A stretch of 64,000 nt of DNA, taken from NCBI RefSeq assembly GCF_963676685.1, contig NC_092352.1, forward strand, positions 11,780,001-11,844,000. Reading direction: 5' to 3'. The translations under genes were made by a program, and so were the position numbers. Each line of letters opens with the position of its first letter. The first letter of the stretch is position 1. The notes below the pieces were generated by a model. The model ran no database searches and was not told where the DNA came from. It saw only the letters and a list, made by a program, of their open reading frames with translations. This DNA is from Mytilus edulis (lineage: Eukaryota). Shown here in pieces: positions 1 through 13,900 of the stretch.

Positions 1-547
1 AGTTTATTTCCATAAAGTAGTATATTTTTCCCTCATTATAAAGGGTGAATTTTTTTTTACTTTGTATTCCCTTTGTGCGAAATGAGTTTTCTGCCCGATG
101 TTGTCAACATACCGAGAAGTGTGTTGTTCTTTTCTGCATTTCTAATATCTTTTATTTCAGAAATCAGGTTTATTCGTATGATGGTCTGAATTAAACATAT
201 ATATGTTCAAAAACAACGTTATTCATTTTATCCGATATACGAGAAATTAAATGTGACTCCAGGAATACGGTACCAATATTTTGAAACAGTGAAATGACTA
301 TGCCGTGAAATTAGTGTATGCAATATGAATACACGATTTTAATCAACAACAACAAAAAATCCAAACAACATTTAAAGATAATTTTGTGGATCTTCTCAAA
401 AGACAAGTGTCTTTTTAATTTTCAGTGAAACTTTCCATCAAAGATCTGCAATCTAATTAAAATCTTTAAAGGAAACAAAAACATTTACAAAATATAAAAG
501 ACAAACACTGGCGAATTTTAAGGCTGAGGACAAGCAGTGCAACTTGT

Positions 548-1250
548 CGAAGGATACCAGAGGGAGAGTCAAACTCATAAATCGAAACTTAACTGACAAC
601 ACCATGGCTAAAAATGAAAAAGACAAACAGAAAACCAATTGTGCACATGAAACAACATAGAAAACAAAAGAATAAGCAGCACGAACCCCACCAAAAACTA
701 AGGATGATCACAGGTGCTCCGGAAGGGTAAGCAGATCCTGCTCCACATGTGGCACCCGTCGTGTTGCTTATGTGATAACAAATCCGGTAAATAGTCTAAT
801 TCGGTAACATGTTTGGATTCGAGCGTCACTGATGAGTCTTTTGTAGACGAAACGCGCGTCTGGCGTATATACTAAATTAAGTCATGTTATCTTTGATGAT
901 TTTATTTAATATTATTACAAGATGAAAGAGAGTTAGATTGTATGTACTCTAAAAGTGCTTTAGAATTTTTAAGTATCCACATCTGATTCACGCCACCTCT
1001 AGAATAGGCAGTTTTACAATAACTTTGAAGCCCGTCTTTGATTGGTGATAAAATAGATGTTAATGATTTAGAAAAAGGTTTCGTGGAGACTTGGAAGACC
1101 CAGCAATTTACTGGTGTTTGTAAGGACACTTGTGTAGTTTATGTATCCATCACAGTGATGGAAGATCCAGTTCTTCATCTTTGGTTGAAATTCCAAAGGA
1201 ACATAGAACAGATCTTTGATTGTCGAAGAGTTTCGGATTTAATTTAATGT
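548..1250 (-). mobile_element. Penelope-like (Naiad-type) retroelement remnant: 3' tail 548-806 and RT N-part 905-1250, separated by a hammerhead repeat fragment
   Basis: STKPFSKSLTSILSPIKDGLQSYC..SRGGVNQMWILKNSK; homologous to 7071-8510. Confidence 0.8.
821..866 (+). ncRNA. Minimal type I hammerhead ribozyme, intact core
   Basis: gcgtca-CTGATGA-GTCT(tttgt)AGAC-GAAAC-gcgc-GTC^tggcgt; predicted cut after 860. Confidence 0.85.
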
Positions 1251-1872
1251 TTTATTTATTTGCATCTGACAATCGTAATAACAATCGCGATACAATCTAT
1301 CAAATTATAAAGAAAGTGTAATAAATCTACGAAAGAAATGACGAGAAAAATACATTGTTACGCTTAAAGTAAGAGATAGTTCTTTAAATCTTTCTACAGA
1401 ATTTAGTTGTTAAAGTTGATGTTGTATGGTCGTAAATATTTCATTTTAAGATATCAAAATACTATTGCAGTACCAGATTTGAGGTCAATGATTTATTGTC
1501 AATGTTCTATTCAAAAACATGTAAAAGTGACTTTATCATGAATTTACTTTGATTTTTATGTACTGTTTTTTATTGCCAAAAAGCGATTAAACGGACATGA
1601 TCATAGCAATAAAATGTCATTGAAATGAAACTCAAATATGTGTTTAATCCTATAAAAGCCTCCAACTTTGTGTCAATGTCGTCTTTGTAGGTTATGTAAT
1701 AAAAATGTTAAATATATTTGCAAACATGACGCCTCGTCTCTGGAGAAGTTTTAATAATTCAGAAAAACCGTAATGATGAATCTGTAAATATCTTCCATAA
1801 AATTAATATAAAACCATTGTTTTGCACCAAATGATTAGTCGGAGCATGTGTATCAGATAATATTGTGAAACT

Positions 1873-1954
1873 ATGATTTTGTTTTTGTTTTTTGGATGGA
1901 TTTCTTTTCTCGGGTATATTTATCCTTTCATTGTGCCATCAGCTTCTGAACCAG
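1873..1954 (+). CDS. Exon 1 (tentative): signal peptide MILFLFFGWISFLGYIYPFIVPSASEP
   Basis: ATG at 1873, hydrophobic N-terminus, donor CAG|GTATTG in phase 1 matching exon 2; implies a 10.8-kb first intron. Confidence 0.55.
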
Positions 1955-4900
1955 GTATTGTTTTAATCAATATATTTTTCGTTTTTCTTCAAATGTTTAT
2001 TTTGAAAAACAGATATTTTGTCAATAAACTTAAAGCGCGTGTTTTTTTTAGTCCAATATTTCATTGTTAGCAATAATCTCTCTTTTATTCTATTGACCAA
2101 GTATCGTTAATTTCTGTCCTTCAATTGCGAGTTTGGTTTTGTAAAACAGATGAATATAGTACATATGATGCCACTACTGATTGAGTAACTACTAATGAAC
2201 TTATAAGAGAAACAAAAGAGATAAAATAGATTAAAATCCCTCTTTTAGTTGATCGAAGTCAGAAATAAGAATGACTCACCAATATTGTTTTGATGGTTAT
2301 TTGCGTTAACGATTTCAAAATGTTACGTCATTGTGGAGTATCGTTTTCGGACTGAAAAGAATATTTCGGCAAATCGCGTGCAGTATAATATTGGATTTTA
2401 ATGATATTAGTCTGACACCTGATTCTTTTATTTAGAGACTAAACTTTTAAGATTACAAACTTGGATGTATCTATATCAAAATTAAAGATCCGCTAATCAT
2501 TCTTATAGAATGTCTCCCTTTTTGGTGACAAAAATATAGTAGAATGTTATGATTTTTAATGAGACAGCTGCCCATCAAAGTTCAAATGAAATTGATTTAA
2601 TGAATAACAGGCAACCGTACGACCTTCAACATTAAGAAAATCCAATACCGGATGGTCGGTTATAAAAGACTAAATAATTCAATGGAGAAAAATAACGGCC
2701 TAATTTATAACAAAACAATTTAGCGTAAATCAAATATGACAAACATAAACCATGGACAACGACAGAACTACAGAAGGCACACAAAGAATATGGCGGTGTT
2801 AAATATGAGTGTCAGCGCTCAATTCTATTCTAATATGGAACAGTGATGTAACAATTCAAAATTAGAATAAAATATAACCATTTTGAATGCTCATAAGATG
2901 AATTTACATATAAATGCATCTAACAAAACACATAGTTGACGTGTACGGGTACTTATCCATCGTAAAACACGGCTGGTACAAATACTGGGATAATGTTTTA
3001 AATTATATTTTTAAATCTAGAAATGAAAGTAATGTTTTTATTTATTTCTGAATTATTTTCGAATTGTGATATGTGAATATCAATCATATTAGGACATTCA
3101 TGTAAATAGGGATTACGTAACTTTTTTGTCAAGTTTCTCCCGTTTACACCATTTTTTTTCAAGATGATGAGTTGTACAAAGAAAATGTCAACACTTTACA
3201 TAGATATTAACATAAAAAATATTCTTATGCATGTGCCTCTCCCAAGTCAGGAGCCTGTAATTCAGTGGTTGTCATTTGCTCATATGTTACATATTGGTTT
3301 TTTGTTCATTTTTTTTTATATACAAATAAGGTCGTTAGTTATCTCTTTTGAATTGATTAACATTGTTATTGCGGGTCCTTTTATAGCTGACTATGCGGTA
3401 TGGGCTTTGTTCATTGTTGAAGGACGTACGGTGACCTATAGTTGTTAATTTTGGTGTCATATTGGTCTCTTTTGGAGAGTTGTCTCATTGGCAATCATTC
3501 CACATCTTCTTTTTTTATAATTATAGTATTGTCTGTCATTGTAAAAACAATATCGATATCAGAAAATGCACGTACGAACAAATACATACATCAAATTTGG
3601 GTTAATTTCTACTAAAAGGTAAAATCACAAAAATACTGCCTTCCGAGTATAATTCATCAAACAGATATAATAGGTAAAATTGCCAGAATAGGGGTACAGC
3701 AGTTATCACAATGTCACAATTTCAATCAGAACAAAAACAAACACATATTTAACAAAGATGCACAAAAAAACATATTTCAAATTTAACAGCCACGTTCATT
3801 GCTAACTTATTTTTGTATTTTATTCATGTATGATAAATCAACCCATAAAATTTCAGGATTGAACTATTTTAAGTCCTGTGATAAAATGGCGAGATTTAAA
3901 TCCACGCTGGTGTAGAATCACGTGTATGACATCGGAATGTAAACGTCACACAGGTAAAGATATAAAATTGTCTTTGTATACACAAAAATTATATGGGCAT
4001 TTGTATAAATTTCCTGTTTGAATTTTTCGAAAAACTAAGGATTTTATTATCCAAAGAATAGATTACCTTGGCCGTATTTGTCATAACTTTTTTGGAATTT
4101 TGGGTCTTCAATGCTCTTCATTATTGTACTTGTTTGGCTTTATAACGTTTTTGATCAGAGCGTCACTGATGAGTCTTATGTAGACGAAACGGTCGTGTGT
4201 CGTATTAAATTATAATCCTGGTATCTTTGATAACTTTTTATAATAGAACAATAACATAATCACGGGATGTTTAAAAGTCCGGAGCCACGTCATATGTATC
4301 AAAGAAATACAAAAAGTCACATGGACAAAAAACACTAGTAAAAATGAAAGATAATATAAACAAGACATTAACGGAATGATAAGTACCGACTCATTTCAAA
4401 CAGATATCGCCAAAAACAGACCAAAAAGTAAAAGTAATATAAATATAGACAAATAAAAGAACAATAAAACACCTTATTAAGATGATAAAAAAACGTCATT
4501 TCGCAGAATCTATATACTAAGATTAATAGTATGTATTATTTGTGAAGTTGATACGGAATATTTATCAACAAGGTCTTGGTACCTTCCGATGAAACGGAGA
4601 CTTTCTTTGACTTACACCTGGTTCATTAACTTTCTGCTAATCCACTAGTACACGTCTGAGTAGGAGCTGCAAGCTCTTGAATACCGAATAAGTCGAGAAA
4701 TGTATATCCCATCTACAGGTGCAGTTGGTATATTGCTACTAAGGTGGGGGAATTGATAATTTCTAAATTAAAATTGTCTCGTTTGTCATAGATTCTGGTA
4801 CTGAGATGACTGTGGTTGTCAAATTCGAAATATAAATTTTAAAATGAAGCAGAGGAACCCGTGTCTGTTGTTTCTTCAATTTTTTGTTCTAGTTCTAAAC

Positions 4901-7900
4901 TACTTACTAGTATTTGTATTAAAATTTTGTTGTTATATTAAAGAACGAACACATTATGATAACCTTGTCAAAAAAAGTTTCTGAAAAAATTACTTAACAT
5001 CAGGGGGCTACCCTTTAATTAATCTATGTAAAACCTATTTCAATTGTTATCGTATACTAGTATATGGTTTAATTTTTAGCATCACGGAAACATTCACACA
5101 TTAATAGGTGGTTTTATTTTGCTTTTCCTCAATAATTTCATCGATTATGTATTTAACACATTGATTTTAATCACTTAATATTGGGTTGACCGCGGTAAAA
5201 AGATTGATTCTATTTTAAATTATTTATATAAACTCATCAAGTACCAGTATGGAAATTTTATGTTTGTGCCAAACGCACGTTACGTCTACAAAGGACTCAT
5301 AAGTGACGCCAGAATAGAACAAAAAGTACATTAAGGTAACACAATACAAAGATTTTATGACTCCAACTCCCAAGTTTTAAAATGCTGTAACTTTCTTAAT
5401 AATGTTTGAAAAGGAGTAGGTCCAGTAAGACCCCTTTTAAGCCCCAAAATATAGCAGTTTTACAAAATTGTTCAAATGTAAACTTTTAGTAATTTATTGG
5501 ACAGAAGAATGCTTCTGCTACATAAATATGGGCTGTTTTTGACAATACAATGAAAATATATCGGGTACTAGCACCACAGAGTCATGCTAAATTACTGAAA
5601 TCTTCACAATTCTAGCATTTTAGTTGAATTTTAGAAGGTTTTCGTGTAAAATGAAAGTGGCCGCATTCGTGTTCATCCTTAATATTAAAATGTAAGTTGT
5701 ATTTTATGATAATAAATAACATATATAAAGGTTGAGGATGAACACGGACGCGGCCACTTTCATTTTTGACAAAAAAAACATCTGAAAAGTGACTATTTTC
5801 GGCATATTTGGTAGATTTTTCAGATTTCAGCTTGAATCGGTGCGTTTTTTATGATTAAATCAGTTAAAATCTTTCACAAAAACTAGTTGATTCAAATAAA
5901 ATAGACACTTAAGTGTTTAAAAAGTGGTCAAAATCATTCGTCAGATGAACCTGAAATTTGAGGCCAAAATTGGTCCTTACCGGACCTTTTCCTTTATAAA
6001 AGTGGTAGTTTTTGATAGCTAACAGATTACTTTTTCAAATTAATGCAATGTTAGTATTATGCAACAATTATGTAACCAATTATAATGTTAACTGTGTCTA
6101 AAATATTTTTCACCAAATTTCCACTTTCAAATGAATTTAGCTTCTGCATCGGTATCCCTAAAGGGTTGATTTTATTATATGTTGTTCCTATTGCCATTAT
6201 CTACAAAATGGTGTCTCAGAGTTCAGAAAGAATGTATAGAAAATTTTTTACACCTAATCAAACATTTTCTTCTTTTATGTGGTTAATATGTTTACACTAA
6301 TTAGAGATTTATGAGAGAATGGAATACCATAAGGACAATTTGAGACACTATTTTGAAGCCCATGATGTGTTGTTTAAGATTTCGTTTTATTGTAAAGTTA
6401 AAGAGATGATAGAGCTAAATCCATTCAAGTGAACTGACCCAGATTTTGCCACTAATTACATAATAATTGATTACATAATGATTGCATAATAAAAATATTG
6501 CAACCGTTTAAAAGATTAATCTTTTATCTATCTATATATACCTATTATTATTTTCTATGCATTCATAAGAAAGTTACAGCATATTAAAGGTTAGTGATTG
6601 GAAGTAAAAAAATCTTTGTATTGTGCTACCTTGAAAAGGCAAATTAAAATACGAAGTTGAAAGTATGACACTTAAGGTAGTTCCCTTATCAAGTTTTGGA
6701 ATTTTTGTCAGATTTTCGGAATCCTCTGGATTTATCCATTTGAAAGCCTAAACATTTTGCCTATTGATCCATTCATCTTTCGATAAATTATTTACATGTA
6801 TTATTATAAGCCGTCTGTAAAACTTATAAAATCGTTGATATTATTTAATCTTTTTTTAGCACCTAAACTTGTCAATGAATGGTAAAGCTATAAAAAATCA
6901 AGAGAGAACATTTCCCCGCCAAAGTTGCAATGGCTTATCTATCGAAAACAAACATATTGACCTATATTTTCTTTTTTCTTTTTTGGTTCATTTGTTAATC
7001 CATTATCAAAATATACTAGTGTTATGAAAAGCTTGTTATTTTTAAACCTAGTAGCGAAGTATAAACCTTAAAAGAGGGACGAAAGAAACCAGAGGGACAG
7101 GCAAACTCATAAATTGAAAACACTGACAATGCCATGGCTAAAAATGAAAAAGACAAACAGACAAACAATACTACACATGACACTACATATGAAACTATAG
7201 AATAAGCAACAAGAACACTGCCAAAAACTGGGGGTGATCTCAGATGCTCCGGAAGGGTAAGCAGATCCTACTCAACATGTGGCACCCGTCGTGTTGCTCA
7301 TGCTATAACAAATCCGGTAAATAGTTTAAGTCGGTCAGTCAAATTCATGAAAGGGAAGGGGATTGTAGTAACGACGTAAGGAACATATCCGATCTCATCT
7401 GTGAAACGGTTATTCCATAACGGTCAACCAAGTTGTAATGGTTTCCGTAAAATTTACGAAGGGATGATTTCAACTTCACCATTTGGAACTCTTGGTTTAA
7501 TAGCTTTCTTGAGAGCAGCTACCCTCTATCAAGAAAATCATGAAAGGAAATACTAGCACAGAAATATCGTATCAATTGGGAGACATATACCCCATATGCA
7601 GGTGCTGCTGGCATGTTGTTACTTAGAAATGGAAAGTTCACAATTGTAAAGTTGAAATCATCTCTTGTTCGTACAGTTTTGTTTTCAACCGGCCCTCATT
7701 TTCAATTTCGAGATGTAAGTCAAGATATGAGGCCGACTTAACTGTATCTGTTGTATCTGTTATCTCTAGTTCGATTGGAAAGATGCGTTCAAAATACTCA
7801 CTAAATTTTGAATTATTTAGTGAGAGAACATCATCTATATAGCTGAAAGTAAAGTTAAAGGATATTGCTAACTTCTTATCTTTCATCCTAAGAAGTTCTT

Positions 7901-10900
7901 GTATGAAGTCAGCCTCATAATAATGGAGAAACCAGTCGGCAAGAAAAGGGGCACAATTGGTTCCCATTGGAATGCCGACAGTCTGTTGAAAAGCACGTCC
8001 TCCGAGCGCAATAAACATGTTGTCAATCAAGAAATCCAACATCTTGATAATGTCAGATTAGGAGTTTTTTGTTTGAATCAGAGTGATCCTGTACAAAGGA
8101 GAATTTATCCCTCCATAAGACAAGATACTTGTATATACGTTTTCCATTCTTTATTATGAAACAAAGCAATACCAGCTCTTTCAATTTGTCTTTTAGTTAG
8201 AAATGTGGAATACTTGTGTAAAGTGTAGAAAAGTCAAATGTTTTAATACTATTGCGAGTTGAAAGAGAATTAGATTGTATGTACTCTGAAAGATCTTTGG
8301 ATTTTTTTAGTATCCACATCTGATTCACGCCAACTCTAGAATAGGCAGTTTCACAATAACATTGAAGCCCGGCTTTGGTTGCTGATGAAATAGATGTTAA
8401 TAAGTAAGAAAGAGATTTCGTGGAGCACTTGGAAGACCCAGCAATATATCGTTGTTTGTAAGGACACTTATGTAGTTTAGGTATCCAATACAGTGATGGA
8501 AGTTCCAGTTGCTCTGATTATCCAGGATTTCCACTTTGGTAAGTGTCGTAAGGGTTTATGTTGAGTTTCCAAATGAATTGTTTTAATCTCTAATTTGTTG
8601 ATCAAGCAGTTAATGTGATGAGTTTTACACACAAAAACGAGGATCATGAAATTTAAAAAAAATCGATTCAAATGAAAATGCATACAGATATTTTAGTTGG
8701 TTGCATGACTCTCTTAGTTCGCACTTATTACAATGAATAAGAATAAGTGATCTTTGCATACTGCTTGTCTATGAAAAACCTATAAGGCAAAACGATGAAC
8801 TTCAGATCATTGAGTTTATTATTGTCATAGAATTTTCAAAGTGCATTTCATTAACGATCCTTTTCTATAATACAGACTGTAGAAAATATTTCAGTTAGCT
8901 TTGGCTTAAACTGCATTCTGAAAACAAACATCGAAACAAATTATGTGTTGGCTTCATCTAATGGATCACTAATGAATCAATTGGTAATGGATTGGTATTA
9001 AACTCATATATTGTACAGAAATATTTCGTCGCTCATATCTAAACATTACAAACGGTTATGCTTTTCCTAGACAGCTTATTAAGTTTTCACACTACATTCA
9101 TTATCAGTATGCTGTTTGACATTCAAGTCACTGTTTTTATATTCATGAATTCAAGCAATAGTGATTTACCGACCGTCAATTGTCATAAACTACTCTACAA
9201 TATTTACCCAAACTGAAGTTATCTACACAAAGGAGAGAGAACGTTAGCGAGATTTAAAAACAATGTCATTTAAGTAAAATATTAATTCTAATGAATCCAT
9301 GTATTTGTTCAGTTATACGATTGTCACTTTGTGACAGTTACTTTAGGCAGTCGACTGCATAATCATTAAAAAAGATGAAAATCCATCTGCATTAATTTCA
9401 GTATTTCGATTTTCAAACATAATTTAACATTAATGTTATTTATGCAGTCATTTGTTCATGTGCTTGCTTGAAGTTCATTTTGTAAAATTTGCCAGTAATC
9501 TACAGTTCAGTAAAAAAAATGTTGTGCACATGAAAGAAGACTATTGCCGTTTTACGCGCTCAAGCTTATTCATTTTGTCTTTAAATTGATCTGTGACAGA
9601 GTCGTCTTTTCCTATTTGCATTTCTTTTATAAATCACATATTAACTAGTATTTTAAACAAACTTATACACGTATTGGTATTACTATTGATTTTTTTTCAG
9701 TAAATTAAAAGCAAACTAAATATTCTTGTTCTATACATATACAAGTTTATGAATCTACAATCTATCGATACCTGTATTTTGGCTTTGCATAAGGTTATGC
9801 TTTTCTCTAACTGTTTATGAAGTCTTTACACTAAATCCATTGGATGTTGGATGATAATTGATTGATAATTTGGTCAAAGATGCATGTTTTGATATTGGTT
9901 ATTAGTGGCTTTGAACTAGCTGTCAGTAACTAAGAGTAATCTCAGATCTGTACTGGTGTGTTAAGCCTTTTTCAACTGATTTTTGTTTTAATGTTGCACC
10001 GATGTCTCAGGTTAGAGGGAGGGTTGGGATCCCTTTGACATGTTTAACCCGGCCACATTCTATATGTTTGTGTCTGTTTTAATTCAAGAGCCTGTAATTC
10101 AGTGGTTGTCGTTTGTGGATGTGTTTCATATTTGTTTTTCATTCCTTTTTTGTACATAAATTAGGCCGTTGGTTTCCTCGTTTGAATTGTTTTACATTTG
10201 TTATTTCGAGGGCTTTTATAGCTGACTATGCGGTGTGGGCTTTGCTAATTGTTGAAGGCCGTACCGTGACCTATAGTTTTTAATTGTTTTGTCACTGGTC
10301 TCTTGTTGACAGTTGTCTCATTGGTACTTATACCAAATCGTGGAGTACTTTAATCAATTAAAAGGATAAAACAAAATATTATTGGGTGATTATGAATAAA
10401 ATAAATATGTGCAAATTACGAAAATAAACATATATTTTGTACTTGATTAACCTGCCTTTTTGGTTATTCCTTTTAATCCCCTCATTTGTCATACTCTCCA
10501 TCAGTTTTACACTGTTGACTTTTTTAAGGTATGTGTTCTTGTTGCAATTGAAAAAAGCACAATGAAAGAATCAAATGTTTAAAGTGTTGATTTAATCTTG
10601 TATACATCTAAATTGTTTTAAATTAATTTATTTCGGAAAACTTTAGATGGCGAATTAAATTAGATTTCATAGGTTGAAGTTGGTGTTGCTTAGACTTTAG
10701 TTTTCTATGTTGTGTCTTTTGTACTCTTATTTGTCTGTTTGTCTGTTATTTTTAGCCATGGTGTTGTCAGTTTATTGTCGATCAGCGTGTTTGACTGTCC
10801 CTCTGGTATCTTTCGTCCCACTTTTTATTCAATCATTGCTTAAAAAATTAAACCACATACAGTCAGATGCATTTCAAGTTTTAGAAGGCACTAAATGATC

Positions 10901-13900
10901 ATATCAATATTTGAACAAAAGAAAATATATCAATTTAAATAAATTGTCGATTTGTTTGATGTAAGTAACAAATAACAGACTTAACCGAGGCATTTTGATA
11001 CCAATGACCGCATTCAGATTCAAAAGATATTAATCATAGCATGCCAAAAGTGAATTTGGTAACCTAAATAGATAACATGAAATCAAAAATTAAGGCATGG
11101 AAAAAGAAACTATGGTGTTGAAAGTAATGATTATAAAATCTTTGAAACTACTAAATAAAATTGATAATGGAAATGGGGAAGGTTTCAAAGTGACAACAAC
11201 CGGACCATAGAACAGACAACAGCAGAAGGTCACCAACAGTTCTTCAATGTAGCGAGAAATTCCCGCACCCGAAGGCGTCCTTCAACTGACCCCTAAACAA
11301 ATATGTATACTAGTTCAGTGATAATGAACGCCATACTAAACTCCAAATTGTACACAAGAAACTAAATTTAAAATAATACAAGACTAACAAAGGCCAGAGG
11401 CTCCTGACTTGGGACAGGCGCAAAAATGTGGTGTGGTTAAACATGTTTATGAGATCTCAACCCTCCCCCTATACCTGTAGCAAAGTTTACATTTTTGGCT
11501 TTTTTTTCATGTTGTACCCGACAAACATATCGAAATAACTGAAAGGTTTGGTTTTAGACATATTTGGGAAGGAAAAACACTGATAGGCGAATATCATTCA
11601 ACAGCACTGAAATGATCATGGGTTATGGGTTAAATTCAACCATTCTGCCTAACTGGAAGATTATTCTTACCAAATATTTTAACAATCTGGGTAAATTTAA
11701 CAGAATTTAGATAATAAAAATTAATGAAAAGACTTCTGGAAAATACTAAGATTTTAGTAGCAGGTAATTTTAAGTCTGGGGAAAGTAGAAGGAGGTCTAA
11801 TAAAAGTCGAAAATAGTTTGGAAGAATAGACACATAAAACATTGCACTTCAAGCATGCTCTTTTCATGCTTGAAAACAAGTGGATTGTGTTAATTTACGT
11901 TTCTTGATTGAGTTAAGCCTTCCAATTGATATTTTATCGTGTGTTTTTCTATGTTGTAATGTTATGCTATTGTTTCAGAAAAAGGGAGAAGATTTGGTAC
12001 TATTAAAACGTTCAATTCAACCCACCATTTTTTCATAAAATGCCCTGTACCAAGTCAGCAAAATGGCCATTGTTACATTATAGTTCTTTTCTGTGTGTGT
12101 TACGTTTCGGTGTTGTGTCTCTGTTGTGTCGTAGTTCTCTTATATTTGATACGTTTCTCTAAGTTTAAGTTTGTAACCCGGATTTGTAATTTTATCTATC
12201 GATTTAGGAATTTTGAACAGCGGTATACTAATATTGCCTTTATTAATCCCGCTGCAAATGTTTGCACCTGTCCTAAGTCAGGAATCTGATGTACAGTAGT
12301 TGTCGTTTGTTTATGTAATTTATACGTGTTTCTCGTTTCTCGTTTTTTATATAGATTAGACCTTTGGTTTTCCCGTTTGAATGGTTTACACTAGTAATGT
12401 TGGGGCCCTTCATAGCTTGTTGTTCGGTATGAGCCAAGGCTCCGTGTATATTCAAACTATACAAAGAGAAAACTTGAATTCAGTGTCGATCAATTTTCTT
12501 ATTGACTACGCGTTGATTCTAGAAAAAAAGAAATACTTATAACGCATATCACGATTTACGTCAATGCGAAGAATTTCTTGAACTGAATTTGTATTTACGT
12601 TGTTCTGCAAGTTAATTTGTTAATCAATTGACTTAAGATCTAAAACAATTAAGTTGATAGCATAAAACAGTTTTTTTAAATATCTTATTACACATTTTAC
12701 CGGGTTTTTTTTTATTTATCAGCATGTCCAGGTATAGAATGTCTGTCTGGTCAAGAGATGAATATTACCACGTGTAGGTGTATCTGTAACGAGAGTAATT
12801 GGCCATGTTCTAATGGTAAGTAGTTAGTTGTTATAAAAAAAAGAACAAGTACTTACAGTTCTTTTATTTGTTTTTTTATTCCTAAATATAAGCGTTGTTT
12901 AAACTCATCTAAATGAAAATACTCAATGCTGTTAATTATGAGTTGTAAAACAATTGTGAGTTATAAATTGAGATATATAGGATGCACGTCTTGAAATTTC
13001 AATTGCACATGTCAAGGAAATTTCAACTTTTTAATATTATTTATTCTAATCGACTCCAAAGGAAATTGATTTAAAAGTATATACTTTACCATATGAGTGG
13101 GAAACGAAATGATTGAAAAAAGGCAATATCAGAGCGAGGTGCATACATGCAAAATGGCTTACTATACAGTTTAGGATCTACTCATTATTGAAGGCTTTAC
13201 GTAAAGGTAGTCTTTTTAAGGTAGTCTGTTTGGAAATCCTGCAACACATTTTCTTATTTTCCTTCTGGGTGAATAACTGCTGGAAAAAGAATAGGATATA
13301 GGTCGGAAACTTTTAGTATAAAGGTCGAACGACTATATAATAAAGTTTTGAAGCCTAAATGATAGAGGTCGAAAGACCTAAGAATAGAGGTTAAAGACTT
13401 TAGGATAATATTAAGGTCGGAAACCTAACAGATAGATGTCGTTAACCATAAAATTGAAGTCAAAAGACTAAATAATACGATAGATGTCAGAGGTTTAAAT
13501 GAAAGAAGTCAAAAACCTAAATGATAGAGATGGATATCTAAATGATATTTGACCTAATCTCTACCCCCCCCCCCCCCCCCCCAAAAAAAAACACACATTT
13601 TCTGAGTTTTAAATTTGATAATAATTTTCTTCTCTTATTGAAACTATAATGCATACCGGTAATTATCTCTTTCTAGAACTTGCAATTGCGATTGAAATAC
13701 ACTGAAAATGTTGGTCCAACTTTTGATAGATATAACATATAATATATTAATAAAATCACCTACACCTTCATACATTGTATGTTTTGGGGACGAAAAATCA
13801 AACTTATTTAATCTCTGTACAGATTCATATCCTCCTAGTATCTGGCCAACAGGAAGCTACGCGCTACCATCCAGCATGTATGGATGTCCTGAAGATAACT

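Noticed and set aside
7638-8042. Functional reverse transcriptase gene
   Set aside because: 5'-truncated, with frameshifts and stops on both sides of this ORF; a retroelement relic.
13564-13582. Poly-C run as a G-quadruplex regulatory element
   Set aside because: Simple homopolymer that is common in such genomes and of unreliable length; no supporting context.
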